NCBI RefSeq assembly: GCF_011745625.1
Contig: NW_027191457.1
Location: forward strand, 992,001 to 1,056,000
Source of the DNA: Cladosporium halotolerans
Taxonomy: Eukaryota
Reading direction: 5' to 3'
DNA length: 64,000 nucleotides
A program made the position numbers and the translations under genes. Below are positions 47,594-58,618 of the stretch, one piece after another (the stretch's first letter is position 1; each line of letters starts with the position of its first letter). The notes beneath the pieces are model-generated. The model had not been told where the DNA came from. It saw nothing but the letters and a program-made list of their open reading frames with translations, and made no database searches.

Positions 47594-48412
47594 GGTCGAT
47601 GTTGATTGGCATCTGAGCAAGTTTCATAGGCGTGATCAAAATATCAGCCAATCACAACTTGGCACAAAAAACTGCAGTTGCCACATCCATTCGTACAATC
47701 CGTGAATTGATTGCGGCTTCATCAACTTCCGCAGGCCGCGCTGGACTGTCCTTTATCAATCACAAATTCCGTAAATTTCCCAGAATTCGCGTCTCTGTCT
47801 CGAAATCCGCAATCAAATCCGGGGTTGCCGGGGATGCAGTCGATCATGCTGTCATCGCAAAGCCAGTCTCACTTTTCGCGGGATGACCTCGACCGTTGAT
47901 TGAGCCTCCCCGGAGGATCAACAAACATCGCCGGTCGGTTCCACCTGGCGTACCGTCTAACATCAGAATCACGGGCTTCGTCTCATCAAAAAGATACCTC
48001 GAAACAATCGATTCCGAGCGTTTCCCATCTTACAAACCGAACGCTTTGCCGTCGTCAAACCCCGGACCCATCGTTCGGTGCTTCTTCCAGCTTCATCGGT
48101 CCTTGTACGGAGAGAAATGGCGAATTTCACCTCCCACCTGACATCACGCATCCGTAAGCAGAGTCAAACTCTGTGCTCGCGGCTGCCCTCTGACATCGCG
48201 TTTTCCCATGACGGATGCCTTTCCGGGAGCTCCGGTATAGCGTTTGCGCACCTTTAAGGTTGGTTCGCCCTGATATGTGATCTCATTCTGTCAATCGCCG
48301 TTTTAATCACCGATGGGTCGTCGTGCTTCTCATTATTCTGTGTCTCTTTATTCTTCTTCTCTAGTCTCTTAGTAGTTTAATGTGCTATTGAACACGTCGT
48401 CCTACTGCCAGG

Positions 48413-50312
48413 ATGGATACCGAGAACCGACAAGAGCAGCGCGAGGAAGTGGAGAGGCTTCCGCAGGACGATACGGATTTGGAAGCCGGTGACAAAGATA
48501 AGGATGCCAGTCGCAATGGGTCACGTAGGTCTATCGACGTTCATTCCACAGAGGGCGTTCGCTGACCGTCGGCAGAACACTTAGATGGATCAAGAGAATC
48601 GTCGGCTGGAAGTGGCGACCCAGAGAAAAAAGATGATTTCGAGCTGGTTGACTGGGATGGCCCGAATGACCCTGAGAACCCGTAAGGACTCCTCATGACC
48701 GACGATTATTGACGGCATTATTGACGGAGGTTCAGCTTCAACTGGTCTGTATCGTACAAATGGGTGTTGACTATCACGACATGCTTCATGTGAGTGTCAT
48801 TCGAGATACCGAGCCCAGACATCGCTGACTTCCTAAAGCTCTATCTTGACGGGTCTTCCGGCTGGAGCTTATGGATCTGGAAACGTGCAGATGGAGGCCG
48901 AATTCGGCATCAGCCAGGCCAACTTCCCTTGGTTGTACTGGGCGACAGCTTCATGGAACGTGGGAGCAGCCGTGTGGCCGCTCTTGTTTGTTCCCCTCAC
49001 CGAGAACACTGGTCGCATGCCGGGATACTTCATCAGCTACATCCTCTTCCTTATCTGGCTCATTCCGTCCGCGACTGCGCCAAACTTCGCAACCCTCATT
49101 GTCACCCGATTTTTCGGCGGAGGCGCAAGTTCAGTCAGTATCAACATTGTCGGAGGAACAATCACGGATATCTGGCGTGGTGAGAAAGCCCGCAGCATTC
49201 CCATGTCCATCTTCGGCATGACGAGTGTCATTGGTATTGCTCTCGGGCCTTTCGTCGGTGGTGCCGCGCAGACGCACTTGAACTGGAGGTGGATCTACTG
49301 GGTACAGCTCATCTCCGATGCTATCTTGCTGCCGGTCTTCTGGTTCATCTTGAAGGAGACTCGAGGAGACGTCATTCTGGCCCGCAAGGCCAAGAAGCTC
49401 CGCAAGGCAGGCCGCAACGCTTACACTAAAGCTGAGCTCAACAAGACGAGTGTCGTCGAGATGCTCAAGGTCTCCTTCAAGCGTCCCACAAAGATGCTTG
49501 TGACCGAGTTCGTCGTCATCTCTTTCACACTCTGGGTCAGCTTCGCCTGGGGCATCCTGTTCCTGTTCCAAAGCAGTGTCACCCAAGTCTTTACGACACT
49601 CTACGGCTTCGGCACGTTTCAGACCACCTTGATCCAGCTCGCCCTCTCCGTCGGCGCTGTCATCGGTACCATCATCAACCCCGCCCAGGACATCCTCTAC
49701 TTGCGCTCAGCCGGCCGCAACAAAGAACGACCCGGCAAGCCCGTCCCAGAAGCTCGCCTCTACTTTGCCGTCCCCGGCTCCCTCATCTTCACCGCCGGCC
49801 TCTTCTGGTACGGCTGGGCTGCTTACAGCTCCTTGCACTGGATCGTGCCCACTCTCGGTATCGCCTGCGTCGGCCTGGGAATCTACGAAATCTACATGGC
49901 CGTCGTCAACTACCTCGCCGACGCCTACGAGAAGTACGCCGCCTCCGCCCTCTCCGCCGCTTCGCTGGGCCGCAACACTTTCGGCGCTTTCCTGCCGCTT
50001 GCATCCCAGTCGCTATACACCAACCTCGGCTTCCAGTGGGCTTCGAGTCTGCTCGGTTTCATTGGCCTGGCACTCAGCTTGGTCCCGGTGATCCTGCTCC
50101 TCAAGGGCCCGGACATTCGCGCTCGCTCGCCTTTCATGTCTGAGAGTACGTACGACGAGGACGAGGCGGAGACCAGGCGCAATAGCGTTGCGAGCTCGAA
50201 GGCACAGAGGGCGGGCTCGACGAGGTCGATTCCGCCGTGGAGTTCGGTCAGAAGGCCAGGTGGTGTTCCGGGGCCGGCGGGGCAGGCAGTGCCTGCTACT
50301 GCGGCGATTTAG
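48413..50312 (+). CDS. MFS drug:H+ antiporter, DHA1 family (~581 aa). Exons 48413-48524, 48576-48681, 48736-48789, 48839-50312
   Basis: Spliced N-terminus WDGPNDPENPFNWS..YKW; PLTENTGR, GGTITDIW, WRWIYW, KETR, PEARL, NYLADAY. Three short introns keep the frame; the third uses an AAG acceptor. Confidence 0.92.
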
Positions 50313-51219
50313 TCGTTGTTTCGTTCATAGGAAGACTTTGAAGGGTTTGGTCGATTGCATTATGATTTGGCGTCTAATGCATTTGGAATCCTGTTTCACT
50401 AGATTCTTTATGTAAATATAGATGATACTATATCATCTCATGCTCACGCTCCTCGCAACATTTTTTCTCTGTGGTGCAAAATTCCGCTCGACGCTCTGAT
50501 GCTGTTGGTCGCACCTTGCCAGGGCCGGGGAAAGTTCCTTTCTTAATTCTCCAAGCCCGCGCTTTCCAAAGCATATGACAATAGTTCATCTGTTGAGCGG
50601 GAATGACGCTGTTTCAATGATACGCTCTCAATGGCACGCTGATGGGCTGGCTATACCGGCGCGGTCGATGGAAGCACGAACACAGCGGGGAGTCCGCTGA
50701 TTGGCCCTGTACGGATTCTTCACGTGACAAGCCATGAAGTGAATTGTTCGTTCCGACATGCGGAACCATAGCGGCACAACGAAATGTTGGGATGGCTCTG
50801 AAGGCGAAATGTTGCTATAGTAATCCTGTTTGTGTCTGACGTGGGTGTCTGGCTGTATGCAGTCCTGTTTTTGACTCTGGGTATGAGGACGCTCGCATTG
50901 CCAATGGGAAGACAACGTCCTCTACCCTCGATGCAATGGGATATGTACCTCCGTTGTCTCCAGTGCTGCTGTAGGCGCGCATAGGAATATTTCGGACTGA
51001 AATTCACATCGCTGTGATTGCGGGAAGCAGCACTTTTCGATGGTGCCAGTCTTTTAATAGTCGCCTGCCGATTGATGGTGCGAATTGACATCTCGGTGAA
51101 CAGGCGCGATGATAGCACCGTCAACATAGACCGCGGTGTGAGGACAGCGCTAACGGTTGTATCGCGGACGGAGTGTTTGCCATCTCCATTGCGGAGGCTC
51201 GTAGCCCTGCCAGGCCAGC

Positions 51220-51261
51220 GTGAGGACAGTGTGAGGACAGTGTGAGGACAGTGTGAGGACA
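51220..51261 (+). repeat. Tandem 11-bp repeat GTGAGGACAGT x~4, with one extra dispersed copy near 51138-51147
   Basis: gtgaggacagt gtgaggacagt gtgaggacagt gtgaggaca, read directly. Confidence 0.9.
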
Positions 51262-51456
51262 CGCTCATCCAAACCATCTCTCTCAGAGCCAATGGCGATG
51301 CTGTCTTCAGCGTGTCTGACGACAACTCTGTATTATTCCCTGGCCGTCGTCAGATACGAGGTTCTGGCCATCCCCCAGCCGTTTGGGTTGTCCCCTTGAC
51401 AACCTCAATTCACTTACATTATCACGTGACCCCAAGACTTACCCACCATACCCACC

Positions 51457-53070
51457 ATGGCTTCCCAGACTTGCAACAACTTCTCCTGTGCTGCTACCAA
51501 CGGAACCAGCTTCAATTTGGATAGAGAGCGTACACTCTCCGAGGCCCTCAAGTCCTATATCAACCGCACGGCTGACAGCAGCACGCTCGCGGGCAACTCG
51601 CTGTCCGAGGACCCTGAATACCACGCCATGGTGCAAATGCGTCGTCGCAGTCAGAACACAGTCGCTAGCAGCACCTCAAGCGACACCCAGATCGCTGAAA
51701 CTGCGGCCAACAATGCTCTCGCCGAAATGCAGGCACCTTCTGGCAACACGCTGCCGTCTAGCACCATCGACCCGGCGCTCTTGGCCCTGGATGAGGTGGA
51801 TTTTCGGTATCTGGGGGATTACGAAAAGCTGGTGTTTGAGCCTGACACCATTCCCTCTGGTAACAGCTTGGGATTCGACTACGGGCTGGAGACGCATGCG
51901 GCGGGCGCTGATCAGAGTCTCCATTTCCAAGGTCAACAATTGCCTATTCACACGGGTACCGTTGACAACAGCTTTCAATTCGACCTCGATCCCAATCAGG
52001 AGTTCGATCTCAACGGCCCGACGATTGATCTTAACGCGCTCTCCGTCTACAACAATGCCAATGTCGATTACACGCCAGCGAGATCTCAGGCTGGCTACAA
52101 TCCCGCCCTGCCTCTCGGGGCCATGCAACAAGATCTTGGGGTGCATGCCCCTGGTATTAGCACCCAGTTCAACCAGGCACCGGCGATGCCCCAACCTTTC
52201 TACGGGCAGAACTTCGATGGCGCGCAGCAATGGGCTGTGCAGGGCGTTTATGGTAGCAGCATCAATGGGTATCTGGATCCGAGAATGGGACCGCAGGTCT
52301 ACGCGCAGGCTCCTCTCTCTGGCGCGCAGCTACCGGCTGCCATGGGTGCTGTTGCCAGCAGCACCACGGTCTACCAACACTCCGGAACTGTACAAGGTCA
52401 ATTCTACGCGCCTCTGAATGGCGCGCAGCAGCCTGTGTCCCAGGGCGCCGCTGGTACTACCATCAATCCTGCGCAAGATCTGGGAGCCCCGGTCCAGATC
52501 CCCCCAGGACTTGGTCCCGAGATGACACAAGCGTTTCAACATATGGTGACCGCTGGCCGCACCGCCAGATCGCAGCAGTCCACTGGGAGAAAGAGGACCC
52601 GGGAGCAGGTGCAAGATGAGGTCGATGATGGTAACAGCTCAGCTACAACGCCGGCCGCAGAGAACAGCGAACGGCCTGTCAAGAGGAACAAGCACGGCAC
52701 GCCCCTCATCAACCCCAACAAAGCCGCCAACCGCCAGGGCCAGTGTCCAGGCTGGGCCCAGGCGAAGAAGCAGCACATACGGAGATGCAAGGAGAACGAG
52801 TGCAAGGAGGATTGCACGCTGCGCGAGATGTTTCCGCTAAGCTGGACGAAGTTTAAGGAGCAGAAGTTCAGGGTGAAGTACAGGCATAATGGCGAGGTGG
52901 CCGACGTCTCGGGGCTGGAAATTTGGAGGCTGGGGACTCAGATTTCGGTGCAGGGCGAGCTCGATGCAAAGGGTAAATTGGACCCCAGCAGCAAAGAATG
53001 TCACCGTGTTGACTATGTCGCTGCCGTGGATGGTCCCAGAAATGAAGAGTCGAGTGCAGAAGGGTCATGA
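51457..53070 (+). CDS. Orphan protein, putatively nuclear/regulatory (537 aa)
   Basis: Long intact ORF with CACCATGG start. Acidic-aromatic and Gln/Gly/Ala-rich middle, basic NLS-like GRKRTR/RPVKRNK, C-terminal Cys/His cluster. Confidence 0.8.
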   Translation: MASQTCNNFSCAATNGTSFNLDRERTLSEALKSYINRTADSSTLAGNSLSEDPEYHAMVQMRRRSQNTVASSTSSDTQIAETAANNALAEMQAPSGNTLPSSTIDPALLALDEVDFRYLGDYEKLVFEPDTIPSGNSLGFDYGLETHAAGADQSLHFQGQQLPIHTGTVDNSFQFDLDPNQEFDLNGPTIDLNALSVYNNANVDYTPARSQAGYNPALPLGAMQQDLGVHAPGISTQFNQAPAMPQPFYGQNFDGAQQWAVQGVYGSSINGYLDPRMGPQVYAQAPLSGAQLPAAMGAVASSTTVYQHSGTVQGQFYAPLNGAQQPVSQGAAGTTINPAQDLGAPVQIPPGLGPEMTQAFQHMVTAGRTARSQQSTGRKRTREQVQDEVDDGNSSATTPAAENSERPVKRNKHGTPLINPNKAANRQGQCPGWAQAKKQHIRRCKENECKEDCTLREMFPLSWTKFKEQKFRVKYRHNGEVADVSGLEIWRLGTQISVQGELDAKGKLDPSSKECHRVDYVAAVDGPRNEESSAEGS

Positions 53071-53487
53071 AGACGGCGAAAGGATTGACCGACCGATTAC
53101 CGCTTGGGGTTGGAGTTTTGTCTGCCCTTTCGCACCGACCAGCGAATTTTTAACTGTTGACAGTACTGAGTCTTATGCTGCTTTGTTTCTTGTGCTTGCG
53201 TGGGCGATTCCCTGTCTTTTTCCTCCATCTTGCACTTGGCGTTTGCTTGCATCTGGCATTGGGCAAGGGGCTGGCGTTCGGCGTTACTTGCTGCACTTTT
53301 CAATCGTTGATTTTAGCGGTCCGCACTGTGATAGGGCTGGCGTTAGGAGTTTCTCATCGCTTCTAGTTTGAGACCTGACTTCATGCATTGCATAGCAAGG
53401 GGTTTTCTGGATTAAGCTAGTCTAGGGTAGACAGCCAAACCAGCGTTTTCCCGGGGAAACATTGCGCGCCATTTCATCTCAGTACCT

Positions 53488-54031
53488 TCACAATCCTCCT
53501 TGTATTGCAAAAGAAGACAGGATCAGTATCAGTGCATTGATGATGCCCCAAGAAAATGGTATCCATGTTGACATGCGAAAGTAGCCAGCCGTGTAGACGC
53601 CGCCGATGCTGTGCATTCTCGTCAGCACGCCAATCGAGACCATACATTGGGAACACTCACACTCCGCCAACAACAGAACCGGCGATGAGAGCCTCGATGC
53701 CGCCGATGATACCGAACACGATGGGCGTGATCCAGATGAGCCTCCAGTTCTTCCACTGGATCATCATGGCATACAAAGCAGCAATCAAGTGAATGCCGAT
53801 TACGTCTACGAGAGTCCAGAGTAGAGTGAAACGAAACATAGACCATGCATCGTAGAGATAGACCGTTTGTGTACCGCTTACTGGGAATGGCCAATATAGG
53901 GATGGGAATTTGGGAGCCTCGTATGAGAGCGGTTGTGGATCAACCACGGTCTTGAGGAATTTGTTCCTGCTCAAACTCAGTACGGTATACATCACGAGTA
54001 CCTGACTATTGACCTACCTTGTGCTGCTCAT
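53488..54031 (-). CDS. Small integral membrane protein, TMEM170/YPR153W-like (~146 aa). Exons 54031-54018, 53966-53661, 53608-53488
   Basis: YEAPKFPSLYWP...YLY...FRFTLLWTL...GSVVGGVIGGVYTAGYFRMSTWIPFSWG. Two canonical introns restore a single frame. Confidence 0.88.
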
Positions 54032-54392
54032 CTTGTCAATTGGTGTTCGCTCGGTGTCGATGTGCCCGGTGAAGGTGGCGATAAGCGGGTCGATCAGGTC
54101 GTTATTGCTATCATGGCTTGCGACCGTGTATCTTGCGCAGCGTCCATGCGTTGGATGCTGATGATCACAGCCACCACACGTGTTAACAGCCCTGTCGCTG
54201 GCAACGTACAACAGACGACGTGGTGCAAGGGTGTGTGTGAGACGAGCTCGACGAGGCTGGGATGGTGCACGGGCCTCAAGATTTCGGTGCCGAGGTCGCC
54301 CGGCTGGGACTTGGACAACGTCGGTCTCCGTCGCCTAATCGCACATAGCAATCGTGCACTGGCTATTGCTAGTGCTTCCATACACATTCGAA

Positions 54393-56522
54393 ATGCCTGC
54401 TGACCGTCTGCTGGGCACCCTGCTGAGGTCTTTGCAGACTTACACAGATCAGCAAGACACCCCACGGTTTGTACCATCAATCGCAAACAATGACGCGTCT
54501 TAACTGACCTGAGATAGGGTGCTTGGGACCGCGTCCTCGCTTCTGACCACTTTGAACAACCCTCTGAATGTTACATTGTTGACAAGCCAGCTTCTGTCAG
54601 CACCAGCAATATGGGCAGTTCCGGACGGGCTTCAGACATGCATGCGATGCATGAGCGTCTTTCACTCTGCCGCCCAGGCCCTCCTTCGGCATGAATTGGC
54701 ATCGCGTGATAAATCGCCAGACCGTGACTTCTCCCAATTGCAACTCGAACGAATCTTACCCAAAGATGACTGGGTACGAGCTGTGGCAAAGGGCGCCGAT
54801 GAGCATTCTCCGCGTTGGCGACACCTCCTTGCTCTGGGAGGGCTCCTGCTTGGATTCGGGCCGGCAGACGAAGGAGCCCTGAACCGGGGAATGCGCAACA
54901 CGCTCGAGCAAGGCTTCATCAATGCAGTAAATCTTGCGCTTGAATCTGTCTCCGAGGACGACCGCTTTGGCCAGCAATCTATCGCCCTTGTCCTCAACTA
55001 CTGCTTCCCGCTTGTGTCGGATGTCGAGCGCTCACAGATCGATTTCGATCAACTGCTGCCTGTCCTCATGCGCTCGACCTTTAGAAACATGGACGGTCTT
55101 GGCTCTGCGTATTTCTTGGGCACCATCGACATTGACGTAAAAACCACGCCTGAACAGCTTTATAGCTGGCCTGACAACTCGCCATCCTTCCAAGGAGTTC
55201 AGAAAACTCTGGCAAGCCCGCTTGTATCTTCGCTGGGATCACTAGCCCGCCTAATCGGCCACACTCTGGAGCAGGTTCGCGCGCCGTGGCTAGTGGCAAG
55301 TGCTGTGGAAGACCTGGAAGACTTCACCAATACATTGCACTTGCAGTGGCGACAAAATAGACTGTCCACTATCGACGCTTCCGAAGAGCAACAACGTCTG
55401 GACCCTAGCACCTTACATACGACAGACCTATTATGGAGACTCCTCAGATCCACAATGTATGCCGCAGTAATCGTGCTCCGATCAGCGATCGGCAGGGTCC
55501 TCGCAGATGCGGGTCTAGCGGACGATGAGGCTGCTTCTACAATTGCTGTGCGAACGCTGAACACGCTTCGCAACCTGTACTTTGTTTCCACTCGGTCGGG
55601 GTCAGCGACTTTCTCACAATATACTTTCGTATACCTGACCGCTGTGGACATACTCAGCAGCTATCCACCCGCTGTCCAAGCGTACCTGGAGAGCATTCGT
55701 CCTACTGAATCTGGCAGAGTACCAGCCTTACCACTGGATCGGAATCTTGACTTGTTCTTCCTGAATACCTCGGAGCACCTCACACTCGTACTACCACCTA
55801 CACTCGCCGAAGATCTTTTGGTGAACTCTGCCTCTCCGTATCTCGCTTCGGGAGGTGACAGTCACTTACTCCCAATATTCGAGGCAGCCCACAGTGTGAT
55901 GCTGGCAGTCTTCTCTACTCCTCAGAATGCAGATCTCGCCAACAGGCATCTGCCGTTCTATGTCGATGCGCTCTTCCGTGTCTTTCCCTCGAGCCTTTCC
56001 TCCCGCCAGTTCAGACTGGCCTTCAAGACTCTGATCCAGATCACTTCTCCACCTTCGCCACTATCAACCAGCCAGCCTGAGTTACCCTCAATATTGCTTG
56101 AGCTGCTCAACGACCGTGCCGCACACGCTACTACAAGCCCACTTCCGCCGCGACCGACGGATCCCTCCGCAGCGCCAGCCGCAGAAGACGACATCCCGCT
56201 CTCTGAACAAGCAATCGTTGTTCTCACAGTCATTGACGTGCTGACTCAGCTGTCACTCGGCTTAATGGACGAGTGGTTACCGATCGCAGCAGATTTAGTG
56301 AATACGGTCGATGATGCAAACATGAGGGAGCATTGCAAGGAGCACTTCTGGCTCACACTTGTAGACGGCGCCATGGACCCGGAACGTAGCAGAGTCTGTC
56401 ACTCCTGGTGGAGCAGTGCAGGAGGCCGTGAGCACGTGCTATTTGGGCGCGAGCCTGTTGAGGTCATGGTTCCCGAGATGAGCGGTGCCTTGCCGGCCAT
56501 TGAAGGCACAAGTAAACTTTGA
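54393..56522 (+). CDS. PEX8: Peroxin 8 (~692 aa). Exons 54393-54466 and 54518-56522
   Basis: MPADRLLGTLLRSLQ...LNNPLNVTLLTSQLLSAPAIW, LFFLNTSEH, FEAAHSVMLAVF, LSSRQFRLAFKTL, C-terminal PTS1 SKL. Intron 54467-54517 (GTTTGT...CTGAC...TAG). Confidence 0.9.
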
Positions 56523-56868
56523 AGCGCGGAAGTGAAAATCAGGCAGCCCCTCGACCGGTTGTGCGAGGCATTCCAGCGCTGAGAGCAGCTTGAACAATGC
56601 CATTGTGTGAAAATTGCTACAATGACGCCGAAAAGCAAGCATTGATATTTCAAGGGTCACACGCACAGTGGCTTTGCTAATTGACCGCAGGCGGCGCACT
56701 CGGCTCTCGGGTCTAGCAAAAAACAATGCGCATTCACCACAGCATAGGTGAATCTTAACCGCTTCAAAAGGCTTAAAGGGCAGCTTCGCTCCTTACCACA
56801 GGCCGTTCTTCACATCACCTTGGTCATCCGCGAAGTCACTCACCTGTGACACTCATGGTCGCCCTCTG

Positions 56869-58197
56869 ATGAACTATCCTTCTCAGAAAGTCACTTCTGC
56901 TTCACACAAGCAGCCTGCGCTTGAAATTCAGCATCTCGAACTTCTCACACGACTTGGTCACCCACACGACCAAGCGTCACCACAAGCCACCGAGCCTTTC
57001 TGGCAGCAAGCTCCCGAGGTTGCACACCCAAACGCCTACTACTACCCGGAGAGCGATACTTACACACTGACACCACAGTACCACGCATACCTGCCCACCA
57101 TGACTTCAGGACCAGTAGTCATTGGCTTCAAGTCGCAGTATGCCAGTCCCAATGCGAAGACTCGCGACACTCCAGTGAAGCGTCCGCGCGAGATCGTGAA
57201 GGTCTACTTGGATGACGAGTATGTCGGCGAGATCTCTCTCGGCGTCATGGTTCGCTTCTCCAAGTTCGCCAAATCTGTTTTCCCTAAGCCTCCTCAGGCC
57301 AACAACGAGGAGCCTCAGTCGAAGGCCTCTGACGGATCCAAAGTCATCAACAAGGATGCCCCTGCCAACGGTGACGCATCAAGCAAGAGCAAGAGCTGGG
57401 CCGACATGGTAGAGAGCGAGGTCGAGCAAACCAAGGAGTCCGTTCCTGTCGAGGCTGTCGCCACCGCTTCCACGGCCCTTCACTCAACTGAGTCCCCTGC
57501 CGCTCCCGAGCTTCCTGAGCCCAAGGCCTTGAATATCGGCGTCGACGGCGCCTGGGTTCAACCTGATATTAGCGTTGCCCGCCACATTCTCAACTGGATG
57601 GAGCAGAACAAGCGCACGCGCAACAACGAGCCACTGCTCCCGTTGACCCCTGCTCCGTTTTCGAAGATCACCCTTCGCGCCCTCGTCGACACTTACACCG
57701 GTGTCCTGGCTTTCGATCTCGCGCCATTTCCCCGCGACCTCCGCCATGAGATCCTCGGGCGCCTGACCCAGTACCCCGCCGGCGCAAAGCAGATGCAGTA
57801 CCTCTACGAGCACCTTCCCGTCCACGACCCGATCATCAACCGCATGGTCACTTCTTTCTTCGAGCACTCTGAGGGCGGTCGCTACACGCAGGTGCAGCTC
57901 AACGCCATCTACGCGTACGTCAACGACGGCGCGGGCGACGAGGGCGAGCTCGCGCACCACTTCGAGCGCGTTAGGCGCAACAGGATCCGCAAGAACAAGC
58001 GTGAGAATGCCATGGAGAAGCTGCGCGAGGGCTTTGAGGATTTCGCTGGGCCGATGCGCGATGCTCTGCCGGATGGCGGCGAGGAGGCTGCGCAGGGTGG
58101 CGAGGGTCACGGCCGTCGTCGCAACCGTCGCGAGCAGCAGGCTAAGGGGAATGCGAAGGGTGAGGCTTCTTCTGAGGCTAAGGGGAAGGGCAACTGA
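56869..58197 (+). CDS. Uncharacterised protein, possibly with a degenerate BTB/POZ-like region; alternative start at 57100
   Basis: 442-aa ORF with strong codon bias. IVKVYLDD...ISLGVMVRFSKFAKSVF and ARHILNWME segments, basic C-terminal tail. The ATG at 57100 has CACCATG context. Confidence 0.8.
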   Translation: MNYPSQKVTSASHKQPALEIQHLELLTRLGHPHDQASPQATEPFWQQAPEVAHPNAYYYPESDTYTLTPQYHAYLPTMTSGPVVIGFKSQYASPNAKTRDTPVKRPREIVKVYLDDEYVGEISLGVMVRFSKFAKSVFPKPPQANNEEPQSKASDGSKVINKDAPANGDASSKSKSWADMVESEVEQTKESVPVEAVATASTALHSTESPAAPELPEPKALNIGVDGAWVQPDISVARHILNWMEQNKRTRNNEPLLPLTPAPFSKITLRALVDTYTGVLAFDLAPFPRDLRHEILGRLTQYPAGAKQMQYLYEHLPVHDPIINRMVTSFFEHSEGGRYTQVQLNAIYAYVNDGAGDEGELAHHFERVRRNRIRKNKRENAMEKLREGFEDFAGPMRDALPDGGEEAAQGGEGHGRRRNRREQQAKGNAKGEASSEAKGKGN

Positions 58198-58598
58198 AAG
58201 GAAAGGGGGAATGGACAAGCTCGCGTGCCGAGCGCACCGAGTCCGTCGCTGTCGAAGGCATTGTGTGGGCCTCGTGGCTTTGTTCTGTTTTGGAATTGAG
58301 AATGTGCCCATGGTTTTCTAGCTGGTTCAGGCACGACTGGTAGCTCTGGCGTTTCCGAGCACCTCAGCATTGGTAGGCATCCTTGAATTTAAAATTGTTG
58401 TATTGTTTTGAAATCCGATGTCGCAACGTGAGTGACTTCTCTTACAAATGGCGCCAGAAGCGGCCAACATCAATGGAATGATTCGCACCATATTTGACAA
58501 AGCATGAATACCGTCGGCCATCCTTTTTAACTCTCACATCATATACTCGACCATCAAAGGTTGAAATAAGCAATCGCCCCATCTAAGTAATGCACATC

Positions 58599-58618
58599 AA
58601 TAGCCTCGCGCTGATTGG
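58599..58618 (-). promoter_or_regulatory. CCAAT box with CCAAT-N12-ATT (CBC/HapX-type bipartite) arrangement upstream of QCR6
   Basis: Minus strand reads CCAAT CAGCGCGAGGCT ATT, about 140 bp upstream of the QCR6 ATG. Confidence 0.5.

Noticed and set aside
42654..50312. MFS + methyltransferase-like + lipase + MFS as a secondary-metabolite cluster
   Set aside because: No backbone enzyme (PKS, NRPS, terpene synthase), no tailoring oxidases and no cluster regulator.
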